A stretch of DNA of 64,000 nt from Pocillopora damicornis (Eukaryota), in assembly GCF_003704095.1 (NCBI RefSeq), contig NW_020846737.1:310001-374000 (forward strand), written 5' to 3'. Under the pieces are notes generated by a model that saw only the letters and a list, made by a program, of their open reading frames with translations, was not told where the DNA came from and searched no databases. The position numbers and the translations under genes are program-made. Below are positions 24,594 to 39,500 of this stretch, in pieces. Positions within the stretch are counted from its first letter, which is position 1. Every line of letters begins with the position of its first letter.

Positions 24594-27500
24594 TCAGCCA
24601 GTTTGCCCCTCAAGTATATCCCCCTTAGAAACAGGCACTTCTCCTTTTTCAACCCTTCCCCGTGTCTTCCCTGAGTTTTTGTATTTCTTCTCAGGGAAAA
24701 TCTCCCCATACAACTCTTCAGTTCGATCAATAAGTTTTTCAAGTCGGTTCTCCAGCTTTGAAACTGAATCTTCGTGCAGACCTGCGACATCTGAGGTTAG
24801 GTGGCTCTTGGTAAGCACGTTGACGGCTTTGACACGAGACGTAGCCGTCTCCCAAAGGACCTTGCCTCGACTCTGTGGTCTCCGAGTCTTTCCGATTCCC
24901 GACCATAGCTTAAAGCGCTCGATGATGAAGTCGACGATTTCATATTCGTTCGATTGCTTGTCATTGTCGTGCTTGACGACGATGAACGAGTCCACCACGA
25001 TGGAAAGGAACATGTTGATGAGCACAAACGACATCATGAACATAAAACCGAAGAAAAAAAGAGGACCGAGGACGCGATTGGTGTCACGCATCTCAAAGTA
25101 GGCAGTCCTTCCCAGCATAAGGCTTAACAGAGACGTCAGCGAGGCCATGATGCTGCGGTAGTTGTACAGAACGGGTCCGAACACTAACGACGCGAACATC
25201 GTGTAAGCGAGAAAGACGATGCCCCAGACAATGCTGAACATCAGCAATGGGTAGTACGCGTACTTAAGTGTGGAGGACAGGAGCGAGAACCGCTTGTTAA
25301 ACCGGAGGAGCTTGTTCAGTTTAATGTTTGCTAGGAGAACGATCATAGCCAGGACAAACGTGTACGTCTCGTTCCAATACCCTGCGAACTGAAAGCTCTT
25401 GAAGTTGAAAGGGTCGTGTCGCACTAAATCCAACACATTTCTAATGGTGAGCGTGCGGTAAACATACATCGCTATGGCAGCGAAGGTAAACAAACTGATC
25501 CCCATCTCCACACAGTTCCAAAACTCTTTCAGGTAAGCCTGGATTCCAAGTTTGTAAATATGTTTCACTTCACGATAAAAGAAAAACAACGTGAACAACA
25601 CAAACACGACCTCGATCGTTAATACAAAGAGCATGATGGTCTTGTTAAAGTCGTACAGGCGCGCAGTCTGGATGCTAACGTAGGGAATAGCCGCGCCAGT
25701 GGCGGGATATTCTGCCGCCAGAGTAACAATAGAAAACAGGTTACTCTGTGCATTGTATATTGTGAATTCAGTCAGCACAGCCCGTGTGCGCCGCTCGATC
25801 CACATATTTTTCTCAAGGACTCTGACACGTCTGAAGTTCTCCAACCCAGGTTCAAGAACAATTACGTACCTGTGGAAAGAAAATTTACACGAATGTATTA
25901 CACTAAAAAAAAACAATGGTGCAACAATATAGTCAAATTTGGAAGAAAGAGAAACTCGCCTTTGGTTTAACTCCAGACAATGACTGTGCGATTAAGAACG
26001 GAAAGCATTTTAACTAGTATGTCCATGAATGCACATGCAAGTCTTTAACCCGTTAGAAAACAAAATTGTGAAAAGCAGTTTTTATTCTCTTTGGGAGTAG
26101 ACGGGATCTTCTTTAGACATTATGTGGCTTTGAGCAGAAACAGAACTAAACAACTGTGTCCAGACAAGAAATCCACGAGAGTTCTTCTTTTCACTGTGGG
26201 AACACACATGGCTCAAAAAAGAGCTGATATTTTTCAAGTTCATCATATGATTTTACAGTATTTATCTTAACCATATTTAACCATTTAAATCTTAGAAGTG
26301 ATTTTCAAACATTAACTTCCAACCCTATTATATACGTAAATTACCCAGCACAAAGGTAATAAGAATACTCAAACTTATAAGGTACAATTTGTGATCTTAA
26401 TCCATAAAAATTCGTAAAATGTGTTGCTGCAAGCGGGGAGAATTAACGATCAGATCTCGGTGCTGAAAGGATTAAGTATCCTTTCCTTGACGTAAGTCTA
26501 CACTTGCAGATTATTTGTTTAAAAGTCCTTTTTTAAATTACAATTCTCGCGCCAAAATGAATCAAAATCTAAGCGTAAGTCTTGAAGAGTCTGCCTTAAT
26601 ATTTTTTTTTCAGCTAGGCAATACGAGCGCGTGCTTATCTCTCGCGATCGACATTTTACGATAGTTAGCTTTAGAACAACTTTGAACGTACCCTCCTCCA
26701 CTGTAAGTGGTCAGAGTGCCCAAGAAGGGGTACCCATCAAGCTGACTGCTGTTTTGATATCTCCACGGCATGTCATCCCAAGACACTGGAGTGTCGTATG
26801 TAGTGATGTTCTCCCATCCCTCTGTGTAATCATTCTTGTCGTTCTTGGTCACAAAATATTCTCCGTAGCATTCTTTTGTGATGCCATACAACTCGGTTGG
26901 AACCCGGCAGGATTCTGGGAATCAAATATGTTGTTATGAGTTCCATGGTCAGCATGGACTTAGTATAGGGGTGAGGTAGGGGAAGGGAAAGTCACTTGGC
27001 CTGTTGTGAGACGCTAAGGAAGGGCCTGTTAGCAAGTAAATCTTTGGTAACCGCGCTGGATTCCTGATCCCGAGGTCTGGGCCCCGACACTGGCCAGATT
27101 ATGGTAATATGTCATTGGCCAAGATAAGGTACCACCACAGTGCCTCTCTCTTTCGAGGAGAGATAACAAATACAAGCGAAATGCCACGGAAAGCTGACGA
27201 AATGCTTGGAGGCCTGACATGCATCCTGCAGGAGCGGTAATACCCGCAGACGATCCTTGCAACAGAAAAGCTGGATGAGCCTTGGTAAATGAAAAATTGC
27301 CGACATATAAAACAGACAAATAAACAAACAAGCAAACAAACCTCTTTTTACTCTGAGGAGTCTCATCCTTGCCCCGCCCACCATCTGACTGTAGCCATCC
27401 ACCATGAACCCATCGGGTTTTCGTTCTTCGCCGTTGTACCATTTCTTGGGGAACAAGCTCGTCAAGAGCTCACTTTGAGTCCAATTCCAAAACTCTTTTT

Positions 27501-30500
27501 CATTTGTTATCTGTGGATGTGAACAAGAATTCGAATGACGTTATTTAAAACATATACTAGTAGAACACGATAGCAGGAACATTCATAGATACAAAATGGC
27601 CTTCAAAAAAGGAATCTTTTAAAGTTAAAATACTCTGTGAAACTAGCGAGGTCTCTGGGTCACTCGGAGTCGAGGCCCACAAGCTAACAAAGAAAAAGGC
27701 TTCCTCTCTTCAACTGGCGATGACGAATCCGTGGTCGAAGAGAAAGTATTATCTTGTAAAATTTTAGCAGCCAGACTGCGATGCAAGGATAAAAGGCATA
27801 ACTCAATAGGGTGGATGTACGTATATATATATAACACCAGGGGAAAAGTCATTATTTATCGCTAAGGTCGGAAGATTTGGGAAGGAGGTTACGTGGTTTT
27901 CAGGGAGAATGCGGGAGAGGGGGGGGGTGCTTATCGTCGCTGACAGAGTATAAAAGTAGGACAGAATAAACTTGACTGCCAATTAGGGTGGATCATTAGA
28001 ATACTACAGAGTCTAGGGAGGGGGGGGATCAGGTGAATTTTATTGTGACACTACCAAGATCCTCTGACCCCTCGATGATAAATAACGACATTACATTATT
28101 CAGAGGTTTCATTTAGTACTCACTTTGGAAAAGTTATCTCCCATAATATCGAAAAGGTGTTTCGTCTGGAAGTAAGCTGATTTGTCTCTGTGCGTGTAAG
28201 CGATCGTTAGCAACAGGGCGAGAAATATGTAGTAAGTGGCGACCTCGCGAATGACAGAATACATCTTTCGTTCCTTCATTCTCGCTGCTCTCATAGCAAT
28301 CAGTCTTGCTTGGTCTGGAGGGAAAAGCTTCGCTTTCTTTGTCTTTGATCCTCCTGAGTTGAGGTCCGATTGTTGGCCGAGAAATTCTTCATCCTCGGCG
28401 AGTTTGAGCACCTCTTCAGTTACCTGAAATTCACCTTTGTCTGGCTTTTTAACGACCAGAGCAAAGAATACTGCCAAACCGAGCACCTGTGTCAACACAA
28501 AAATTAAAAAAGGGAGCACTTTATAAGTAAACTTCACAAGTAATACTGCATTACATCGGTTTTTTTCAAATCTTTACAACGCTCTGTGATAAAACCAGAA
28601 AAGTCACGCCACTCTCTCAACGAATCAGACACAAAACTAAAAACCAGTTTTCCCGCGCCTCAAGACAATTTTCTTTAACCTAATTTGAGTTCCTATCAAT
28701 GAGTTCCTTTTATGTTTGAAGATTTGTCTTATGGTGCCCAATCTGTCAAGGAAATGCTGCAGAAAACACTTTCCTCTAAGGAGAACACTGTAATTTAGCA
28801 TTCATAGTTCTCACTTTACTAGAAGGCAAGAGTAAGCGAGAACGAAAGTCGGAACAGATCGTAAGAATTGTGAGTTGAGAAACTGCCCGGAGGCAGCTAT
28901 ACCTGAGGAGGAAAGAGCAGCCTTTTTCTCCACGAAGAAATATACGTTATGATTATGATACCCTTATGTGCTTTTCCATCGACATTTACCTACCCCTCCT
29001 TTCACGTTGTGAATCCAATCTCAATCTCATTTTCTTCATGTTAAATTTCCAATTTCCTCCATAATTTAACCTACTGATATGGTACTACTCTTTCTTATTA
29101 GCCCCATACATATTTAATATCATCAGTTCTTCCCATTTCGTTCAGTAACTTGCTCGATGAGTGTTCTATCTTTTCATTGGGGCCTTCCTCTCACAACCAC
29201 AATGAACCAGCAAAGTCATTAATGGACGTACAATGCTATGCAGCATCTCCATAACGGACCAGTCNNNNNNNNNNTGTACCTGAGGGATGGGGGGGGAGGG
29301 GAGGACTTCTGGGGTGGATCACATGGTTTTCAGGGAGAACGATGGGGGATCAGTCGTCACCAGCAGAGTATAAAAGGGGGGACTGTGGAACATTTGACTG
29401 CCAGTTAACTGCCAATGGGGTGTATCATAAGAACATTTACAGACCTTGTAGGAAAATCAAGGCAAATGTTAATGTGACACAACCAAAATCATCCGACCCC
29501 TCCCCCCCCGGCATTAAATAAATTACCGGTACCTGAGAGAAAATGAACTAGGTGTCAAAGGCTTACCTTGAGGGGTTGAGTGATGAACACATCTTGAACA
29601 AAAGACACACAGGACGAAAATAACCACTGCAAGGACTTTTCGTTTTTAAACTCCATGCCGTAAAATACAATTACAGCGGCTGACCCAGCTGAGAAGATGA
29701 AGACGAAAAACCATGCCACGTACACGAAGTAAAAAGGCAACGTGTTTTTCTTCTTGAACCACAACAGCAAGCGGCGTGCACGGGACGTAGGAGCTAAAAA
29801 AAGAGGGAAATGTCATTGAGTATTCCCTCGATGCCTTTGAATTTACGCAGTGTCGGCGCCGGTTATAAAATGATTCACAACGGTGGCGAAAGATAGTGGA
29901 AGAAATCAATGAAATTATATAAGGAACAGATCACTTTTACACTCTGTTGGTGACGACTACTCTCCCCTTTGTTCCCCCTGAAAACTATACGACCCCCTTG
30001 CCTACCCCCCCCCCCCAAAGGAAAGAAAAGAAAATCCTCCAAGCCCCCAGGTGATAAATAATGACTACTCTCTAAAAAGTGAAAAAATAGGATAGATAGC
30101 AAGAAAAAAAGAAAAAAACCGGAGACGAATGGGACCGTTGTAATTCATGTAAGTGTTAGGCTCGCCGCCGTTTATGTGGATGTCACGTTATGCTCCCCCT
30201 TGGATGTCGTCGCATGACATCCCAGAATACAGGTGCGAAGGAGACTAGATAAAAATTCAGCCTTGTGACGAATGGTATCAATTTGTATAAGTATCCTGTA
30301 ATAGTAGTAGTTCACACTCAACAATAGAAATCACAGTTGTTTTCTTCTCTAAATTTTCTAAAAGCAGCGCGAAGCACTGTTGCAGTCAAGATTGCCTCAA
30401 CTCCTCTATAAATAAAAAAAAAAGAAAATTTTTAGTGAGACGCCAACGTGTTTCCTTACCGATGTCGTATGTGGTACTGAGCCTACGATCAATCAGCAGT

Positions 30501-33500
30501 GGGCTGTCGGTAAAACTTGTGCGGTCCACGTCAGTATGCACATCATTAATTGACAACCGAGTCTTGTTGTTCTTTTCTCGTGAGAAATCTAGACTGTTTC
30601 TCGATCCCTTAGCAGAGTCGTCCGACGATTCTTTCAGGTTATTGTAATTGTCCAGGCTGTCCTTATCAAAGGAAAGAGTCGGCAGACAAGGGGTGGGAGG
30701 TGGCTTTTTCGGCTTGACTTTTGGTTTAGGTCGGACATTGCGAAAGATCTGCACCACTATCAGGTTAATTGGGAAGACTATGAGACTCGAAACGATCCCG
30801 ACCAGCACCTGTACGGATTGAATTAAAAATTGGTTAACAAACGAGTCCTCATTTATTTTAATATTCTGCACGTATTGCGTACCTGTGGACAGTAAACAAT
30901 ACGTTACGATTTGAATGTGGAACTCACCTGATTCCAGGTGAAAACAATGGAGCCAATTTGCTGCGTGTTGGAGGGGTCGCCTCGTGGGCCGTAGTACATA
31001 CCACTGGTCATCATTGACATAAGTAGAAGACACAGACAACAGGACAACCGCTGTACTCGCGTGAATCGACTGCCGGCTGGACGGGCGAGGACTGAGAACC
31101 ACAGATGACTGTCGCTAAGGTTACGGCGCGTTCTGGCAACAAATAGATGACCAAACTCTGTAAGCTCCGCTTTACTGGCCAACATAACGAGACGTTCAAC
31201 CTAACCAGAGAATAAAAATAAAAATCTCTCAAATAAGATCCAAGACTAAAACCAAGTGGACTTGGTCACTCGCATTTCCATGCACCAGGCTACAGGCTGT
31301 TTGGTTCCTTGTAACTACATTGCTGAGGGACAATCAATCGGTATGCGCTTTAAATATGATCACAAACGGTATTCTTCAAATTGGTTTCTTCCTCCATCGT
31401 AAAATGTTTTAAGTTTCCCTGATATCAGATCAACTTCTTGGGGCGTTCAACAGCAAGGGGTTTGCGCAGGTTCTAGAGTTGCGGAGCGCTATGAGAAGCC
31501 GGATCCAGTGGAATTTAGAAGCATCCTAAATTGTCTCTCTCCTCAAGAAAGAGGGTGTCGTATGCACTTTACAACCTTACTTCATAGATACACCCCACCA
31601 CATCATACCTGGCCATCTTCCTCATCCACAGCCAGCCACCTGTTACAGATGAAGTAAAATCTCTCCTCTGTTTGTAGATCAATCACCATAATTCGACTCA
31701 GAAACCACGAGCCACCTGCGTTATCGTGCCACACCCGGATGTAATGAATGGAGCCTAAGTCAAAGGGCGTGGTCAGAAGAAACGAGTCCTGGCTACCACG
31801 TTGAAAAGGGTTTCTCTCAGGATCATGCAAAGCGCGCGCCTCACTGTCCTGTTCGTCACCGTACAGTATAATGCTGACTTTGGATTTAGTGCCAGCATTA
31901 CGGCGCATGCCCGTCCATAGAGTCACCTCGTAACGGTACGGGTCTGAGGGCTCATTATCCCGTAGTGGACAGACACCAACCTAAATGAAAAAAGGATACG
32001 TATATTCAATTTTTGGGGCTGAATTAAAAGGCAAGCTTTCTATGTTTTTGGTCGGCCCATTCTTTCCTTAATAAGCCTGGACCCAAGAAAAGTAGACCCT
32101 CACCATAAAACCAACCCGTCGATATGATTACGTCGATATGTCCTATTAAAACTGAACGTTTATGGCCTAGAAGAAGTTCGTATTTACAGGATTTCTCTGA
32201 ATACGTCTCTAATTGCCGAAGGAATAAATGGATAACTTTAGTTCCAAAACACGGGGTCTATCTAATCAATATAAAATTGAACATTCAGCAGAACGTGAAC
32301 CAAAAGAAATCATCATCATGCAAATTCACTTGGTCTTTATTCTCTCTTTCTGACCTTTTACGACCTTTCTTTCCAAATAAATCGCTGTTAACTAAAGCCA
32401 ACCCCCTTCCCACCCTACAAACTGTTGCATTCTTTAATCGCTTGTTTCCCCCCTGGAAAATATTCAAAGAAATTAACACTTACCCTAACGACGTCAGCTC
32501 TGTCTTTCCTTCTTGCCCAAATAAGGGCTAGGAAATACAGCGCAAAGATGATGCTGACAAACACCAGCATGGCATACCCATCTTTAAGTTTGGCGTATGA
32601 CAGAGGACCAATAGGGTTAGGTTTTACGTTCAGGGAACCAAAAAAAGTGGCGTGGTTACACAGGCAGTTTGTGGCAGCGATTGAAGTCGCCTCACCAACC
32701 TGACCAAAATAGGTCACAAATTATCACTTAACAGTACTTACGTTAGCTAAAAACGGAATCGACTGCACTAATCTTTGACTCGGGATAAAGAAAAATTTCT
32801 CGTGTTCTCCCCAACATCCAGTGCAAGTTTTTACGCCGAGAAAACGATCTGATAAAAAGTAGGATTTAGTGCTCAATTATATATGCTAAGCTGAATTACA
32901 CCTGCATTTTTACAACCTACGATCTATTAGAATGCAGATGCATAGATGACTTCACCATTATCAAAACTTAGCGTTTTTTTATCATGTAAAACAAATAGAT
33001 TCCATGTTACCGCGTGCCTGTTCAGTGACAGATCACAGATGACGTCAAAATGAACTTAGAACACCAGTGACAAACTTAGCTTCGCCTTGTTTGCCACTTT
33101 TTTGTTCTTGCCACATTTGGAAACCATGTGACTTTAACTGAAGTGAAGCACGCCAATATAGATTCTAATTGATTATCACAGTGCTCTCCGTTCACACTCT
33201 CTACTTAACATAGCTTCTCGAAGTACTCTATTCTTAAGAAGTAGAATATAATAATCTTTGATAAATTTGTCCTCACCTTGCATCCCTCATCAAGCCATTT
33301 CTTTTCCTCCATACCCCAATACATACATCGCACAGGATAAATGGCCACTGTGTAATTCACAACACGTGGTTTTTCCTCTGCAAGCAGCCCAGGTACCTTG
33401 ACAGTCAAGTTGAAATAGACAGGTCTTTGAGGTAGTCCCCAGGCCATGTAAGTAAAGTTGTCGACTTTCCGAAAAGTTGCAGAGACGTCCTCATCAGGGA

Positions 33501-36500
33501 ACGTGGGAGAGAATCGAAGCATGTACTTGCTAGACGTTCTTCCTTCAAAAGTGATATGAAGCAGGCCAGTTAAGGTTGTGTTGTCGTCCGATTTAACGTA
33601 AACTAGCAGTGGCGTGTACGGTTGACCGGGTGGAGACTGGAAACGATGACTTTTTTCCGTGTCGGCTGAGAACTGTTCGCTGAAGCGGCTAGACACGCTT
33701 TTCAAATCGGTGAGTATGTTGACTTTAAGATCATCGGTGAGATTTTGTATTTTGATCTCTCGCTTTCCTTGCTTTAGGGCGAAACCTTGTATCTTAGTAA
33801 TATACGGTGAGCTCGTTTCGTCGGATCGGAAAATGTTATCCATTGTGGTATACTGAAACGAAAGGAAACACTTCAATAATCTTTAAAAAAATAGGTTAAA
33901 GGAGAGGACCTTGTGAGCAACGTATCCATCCTCTTCACATTCAATACACCATTATGAAGTGTTATAAACATAGAGAAAAAGAGCTTGACAAGGGAAGGGG
34001 GTTATAGTGGGTAGTTGACACGACACCCTGCGTTTTCGTTCTCCTCAGATTGCCTCGCACAATCATCAAAGTTTTCGGCGCAACACGATCGAAGGTGAAG
34101 TCAAATTCATTTAAGTATATATAACTGTATAGAACCACCTTCCCATTCTAAAAGAAGCGAAACAGACCTTCGCAGTATCAGAGCGATTTTCTAACAAGTG
34201 ATTAGACTCAATACTCGAGAACGCGGTTTATTGTAAATGCCAAAATGGAGTGATTTATCACATACTCCTCCTCTCACGGCGAAAGCGACCAGTTTAATTT
34301 ACGATGAAAGAAGCTTGAAATAATCCTTTAAACTCCAGGAATTTTTATCTTAATTTTATATTTGGTCACTTTCTCAATTCTCATCATCTGTCTCCTTTTG
34401 TATAAACGTACCATGAAAGAGTAAAACAGACATTTATCGCTTAAATTTCACCTACCTCTAAGTCAACAGGGTCTTTGTCATTTGCATCTTTAAGGACGAC
34501 ATCGGGATTCGGAAGGCTAACTAGCAGCTGCNNNNNNNNNNNNNNNNNNNNNNNNNNNNNNNNNNNNNNNNNNNNNNNNNNNNNNNNNNNNNNNNNNNNN
34601 NNNNNNNNNNNNNNNNNNNNNNNNNNNNNNNACTGTGTTTACACTAACCCTCACCCAAACACACCTATCAAGCCATGAGAGAGCGCCTTTCTCAGTTAAA
34701 TGATACTCCTTGGTTAGTTTTATTCATGGATTTTTTTTCAGTTCTCATGAACCGGTCTGCCTCACGTAAAGCGAAAAAGCGTAAAAGGGTCAATCAATGA
34801 ACCGGATCAATATAAATATCTGATGAACTGCACACCTCCCCAAACAACACTCAACTGATAACAAGTTAGGGTTAAATTTAGTCAAGGGGAGAGGTAGGTG
34901 CGTAGATGCTCAGATACTAACATTGACCCAGTTACCTTATGGAAAGATACAAAGATCATATTAATGGTAGAGGGAATTTCTCTCGCACGCAGAGGTTTAA
35001 TAGCTGTTTTTTTCTTCTTCAGTTTTCTTTGGTTTTTGAGTACTTTTTTCAGTTATTATCACAAACGATATTCCTTACGCTGAGCAGTGTAATCAGCTGT
35101 AGTTTCTTTGCTGGCTTCTAACGTGTTTGAGGACGCCGTGTAAATCTCTCGTGCTATTTCTTCAACCTTCACTGCGCCCAGATTTTTGGCAGATTCCTTT
35201 AAGACAGAGGCTGCTCCTTTTGCAATTCCTGCTGCTTGGTTCTAATTAAAAAAAAAAAAAATGACAATAATACAACTGGTAAAATGTTGGGTCTGCATTT
35301 TCATCTTAGCATAGGCAAAAGCACGTAAATCCTTGTGAGGGTGAGCACATCACAATCATAAACACAAGCGCAACCAGGACAATATCGCAGTGAGAAGGGG
35401 GTCTTATAGCTATTTCTCTGGTATTGCATTGCCTTCTCACTGACGAAACGAAATGGTCTATTATCCAAGACCCAGTAAAGGGAATGAAATGGTGGTTTTC
35501 TTATTTCTTTAACCGAAAGAAGAACAAACGGCATAGATATTCTTATCTTTCAATCTTTCAGTTCTTCCTCTTGAGCGTTATAACTTTAAAAGCAAAATAT
35601 GCAATAGCAATATATTGTGCGCATGAGTGGGTTGATAAAGTAAACGAACGCACATATGAGTGAATAAATCAAAGAATGATTGAGAGAATGACTGAAAGAA
35701 TGAATTAAAAAGTGGATGAACGATTGAATGATTGAATAAATAAACGAATTAGTTTATTTATTAGACTGGTGCTAGACGATTGTACTTACTTGAGTATTTG
35801 ACGTCACTTCCGTTTTGTCTTTGGTGACTTTTATCAAAGCACCAATGGTCTGTTGAGCCAGTGATGTATCCGTTATGTCGACTTCCGAAAGTTTAGTGAC
35901 CAGCTTCGATTTTTCCTGAAAGGAAGGAACAACTGAATATTCAAGGCATCACTGTGGAAACTGCAGTCGTTTCACATGACTATGTTTTCATGTATTCACA
36001 GTCATTTCTTCATTACATCACGGGTTTATTACGAACCTAAAGAAATAGCTCCCAGTTGGCTTGTTAGCTTAGTTGGTAGAGCGTTACACCGATATCGCAG
36101 AGGTCGTGGGTTCAAATCCCGTACAGGCCTGAAATTTTTTTCAAGCCTCATTTTCACCACTGCCCAAGTAGTGTCCATTACTGCGAAGTACTCATACACG
36201 ATTTTAATATATTCACAGTCATTTCTGATTGGCTGTTGTGATAACTTTGGTATTGGGAAAAAAACTAAATTGAGATACCCTCATAACGCGTTAAATACCT
36301 TAGTTTGCTGTCCTTTATTTGTAGTTTCCGACTTGTTGCCTTGATCTATGATGGATATCAGAGAGTTCACCACCTGGACGACCTTTTTGGGGTCTTTCTT
36401 GGCATCCACTTCCTCCAGTTGTTGAATAGCTTTATCTATTTGCCCCGTCTCCGGTTTTTTCACCTACAAGAAAAATCAGTTCAACTAGAAAGTTTTTAGG

Positions 36501-39500
36501 CGATTTAATTTGCATGTTCGCGAGGTCATAGGTTCACTCCTATTGAAGATCTACTTTTCAGGCTTGATTTGAAGTGCAAATCAACCCATAATTCAAGAAC
36601 TTGTGACTAAAACAGACTTTTTGTTCCTCCTCTGACAATTCTACGGGATCTACGTTTTTACATTTCACGTCATTTTTTGGGATATTCAAACCACTTTCAA
36701 CCTGAAAGAGATTACGAATAATCGATATCGCCGCTGGGGCACCAAAATAGGGAAACAGATAGTGATAAACTGGAAAAGAACGAGGATGGAAAATTATGGA
36801 GAATATGAGGTGCAAATGGCGAACTTCAAAAAATCAGTCTGAGGTTAAGAAAACCCCAAAACCGTGACGTGGTGCCTAAAGGATATACTGATCCACGGGC
36901 ACGCTTCATTGTAGTCTTTGAGTAGCCCTTAAATGTTATCACTAAAGATTTTAATTTGAATTTCAACTCACCGTGGCGTTTAGTGGAAAAGTGGCACAAC
37001 ATTGATACTTGTTGCAAATACGTGCAGATAGCTGGAGTTGGAAACCATTCTTTGGATCTCCGATAGGTAACACTCTCGATGGAGTAGATCTCTCCCCAAA
37101 GTACCAAACCTGATTTGCCTGTGACTCCGACGATAATGAATTAATCTGAGCTAAGTTGTCTATCTTGGTTTTGTAACGAAACTCGTACGAGATTGGGTTG
37201 TCTATGGTTACCCAGTTTTTACAGTTGATCTTGAACGGGGTTTCCGCCGCAAAACCCTCTTGTGGACTGAAGTGAAAATTTCAAATACACACGTTAATTC
37301 TACTTTTTTTCCCCGAAGTTTTCTAAACACATCCTTTACAACCCTTGTGCATTCTGCCCTCGTATTAAAAGCAATCTCTTGATCTAATCTGAGAAAATGG
37401 CATAATATTGGAATAATGATAATAAAGCAGTAGAAGTGGCAGCGGCGGCGATTACGACCACTATAACGACGACGATAGCTTTAATGATGACAATAACTAT
37501 AATCATTACGATAAACAAAACGATACTGACTACGAAAATGGAAACATTAAAGACAAAGACGACGACAGTAACGATAACGATAAGGATAAGGATAACGACA
37601 ACGACAACGATAACCGCAAAGACAACGACGGCAATAACGACTACGACGAAGACNNNNNNNNNNNNNNNNNNNNNNNNNNNNNNNNNNNNNNNNNNNNNNN
37701 NNNNNNNNNNNNNNNNNNNNNNNNNNNNNNNNNNNNNNNNNNNNNNNNNNNNNCCTGCTATACTCTCCCACCGACGCAGCACCATAGTTTCTTTAGAAAC
37801 TTACCCCCTTAATACGATGTTCTATTAGAACCTCGCCAGATGATACACAGTCATTTCTCTTGAGTTACAAGTGCGCGCTATTCGCCATCAATCCCTCGAG
37901 CTCTTTGGTGTCTCAAAATGCTTTCATTTCCTTGGGTAGCAGATTCATCATCGCGACTGAGAAATACAGGGTTAAATCCCCCTCTTACATGCGGGCGATT
38001 TTCGTACGATCTTAGCGCCAGTATTAACGGGATTTTAGGCGCGATTTCAAATGGCACAAAAAAAGTCGTGAGCGATTTCGAATTTCAGTTCCACGACTAA
38101 ATAATTACAAATATAGCGAAAAACAGTACAACATCACAATATTTCTGCAATGCTTCTGAATTCATTTTCCCAAAATGTTTCGCCAGTCCAAGTTTAATAT
38201 TGACCATGAAAATGACTTGCTATTATACAAAACAGCAAGCTTCTTCAATCGTCACGGAAAGGATTCGAACTTGATTTCGCTGAGGCAGAGATATTAGGAT
38301 CGAATTCAACTGGAAAGAACCAACTAACCTTATTTCCAGTTGTGGGATATTGGGCTCCAGCATCACTATTTGTTGTGCAGAGGATGAACGTGAACTTGCT
38401 TTCTCGGTTACGTTCACCTGGAAAGTGTATTTCACATTCGTCCGAAACTTGTTTGTACGTAATTTTATGGTTTCGTTACTTTCTTGGTCAATTATGTCCA
38501 CGAACTCTGTTGAATTGCAAAGTTCATCTGGAACTGCTGGTGAAGAGTTATTCTCGACTTTACACTGCCATTTGAAATTTAACTTAATATCTTTATCATC
38601 CGGGTCGAAAGACTGAGAGGCATTCAATGTCAGCTGAGTTAAATTCGAATCTACTTGTCGAAAGCTGCCGCCGGATAGATATGCTACAAGCGGTGAGCTC
38701 ACCACCCGAATGAATGTTTTGAACGGATATTTTTCACCATTGTAGCTTACGTTCAATGTGATAGTATAGTCTCCAGTGTCTAGGCTTCTGGCTTCAAACA
38801 CGAAAGATTCTTTCTTCTTTTCAGCCTCAGAAATGGCTTGTGATGGAGTAATGTCCCATGAATAAACAGGCTCACCCTTCGGACATTCCTTCTTCGTTTC
38901 CACATTAACTTTTAAAAAGTTGATGGTAGTGCCTCGGGTAACAATTTGTGGATCTTTTTCTGTATACTTGTTGAGAAAATTTATGGCTGGTGCACAGGAG
39001 TTGGCTATGACATGCACAAATTTACTCTGAGAATATCCACTTGCTTTTATGGAGATGTTAAAGTCAGTCGGGGTGTCGTATTTGTGGGACCATTTTGTGT
39101 AACCCTTCTCGGTACGAACAGATTCAGAAGCCGACTCGCCATATGTAAATGTGTAGTTCACCTCTTGCTCATTTGATACGGAGACCTCAATTTCAAAAAG
39201 TTGTCCGGTAGAAACATGAAGAACTTTGTCGGCATTTGCTGGCGGGTCCAGCCGTATTGAGATGTCTCCAACAACCTTCAGTGAGAACTTTAAAAGCGCT
39301 GCGGAAGACGATATGTTGTTCCGGGCTTCGATTGAAATTTCGTATTCTCGATCTCTGGTATAACTGAAGGAGAAAAAGTGGAACAATGAAAAGTAGTAGT
39401 CAGTAACTGCAAAAGTCTGCAGATAGAGGGCAAGATCATCCACGCAACAAAAATATTGTGCGTCTATTTTATTTTGCACTTGCTAAGATTTATTACCAAA

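Noticed and set aside
24568-25101. 177-aa + strand ORF (and 33659-33856) with LRR-like patches
   Set aside because: Antisense shadows of real polycystin exons. They serve as a negative control showing that LRR-like patterns arise spuriously.
36058-36129. Functional tRNA gene (GAT anticodon)
   Set aside because: The anticodon stem does not pair and the sequence continues into a repeat tail; better explained as a tRNA-derived SINE.
37384-37828. Thr-rich and Val/Ile-rich ORFs
   Set aside because: Products of a trinucleotide microsatellite plus an N gap.
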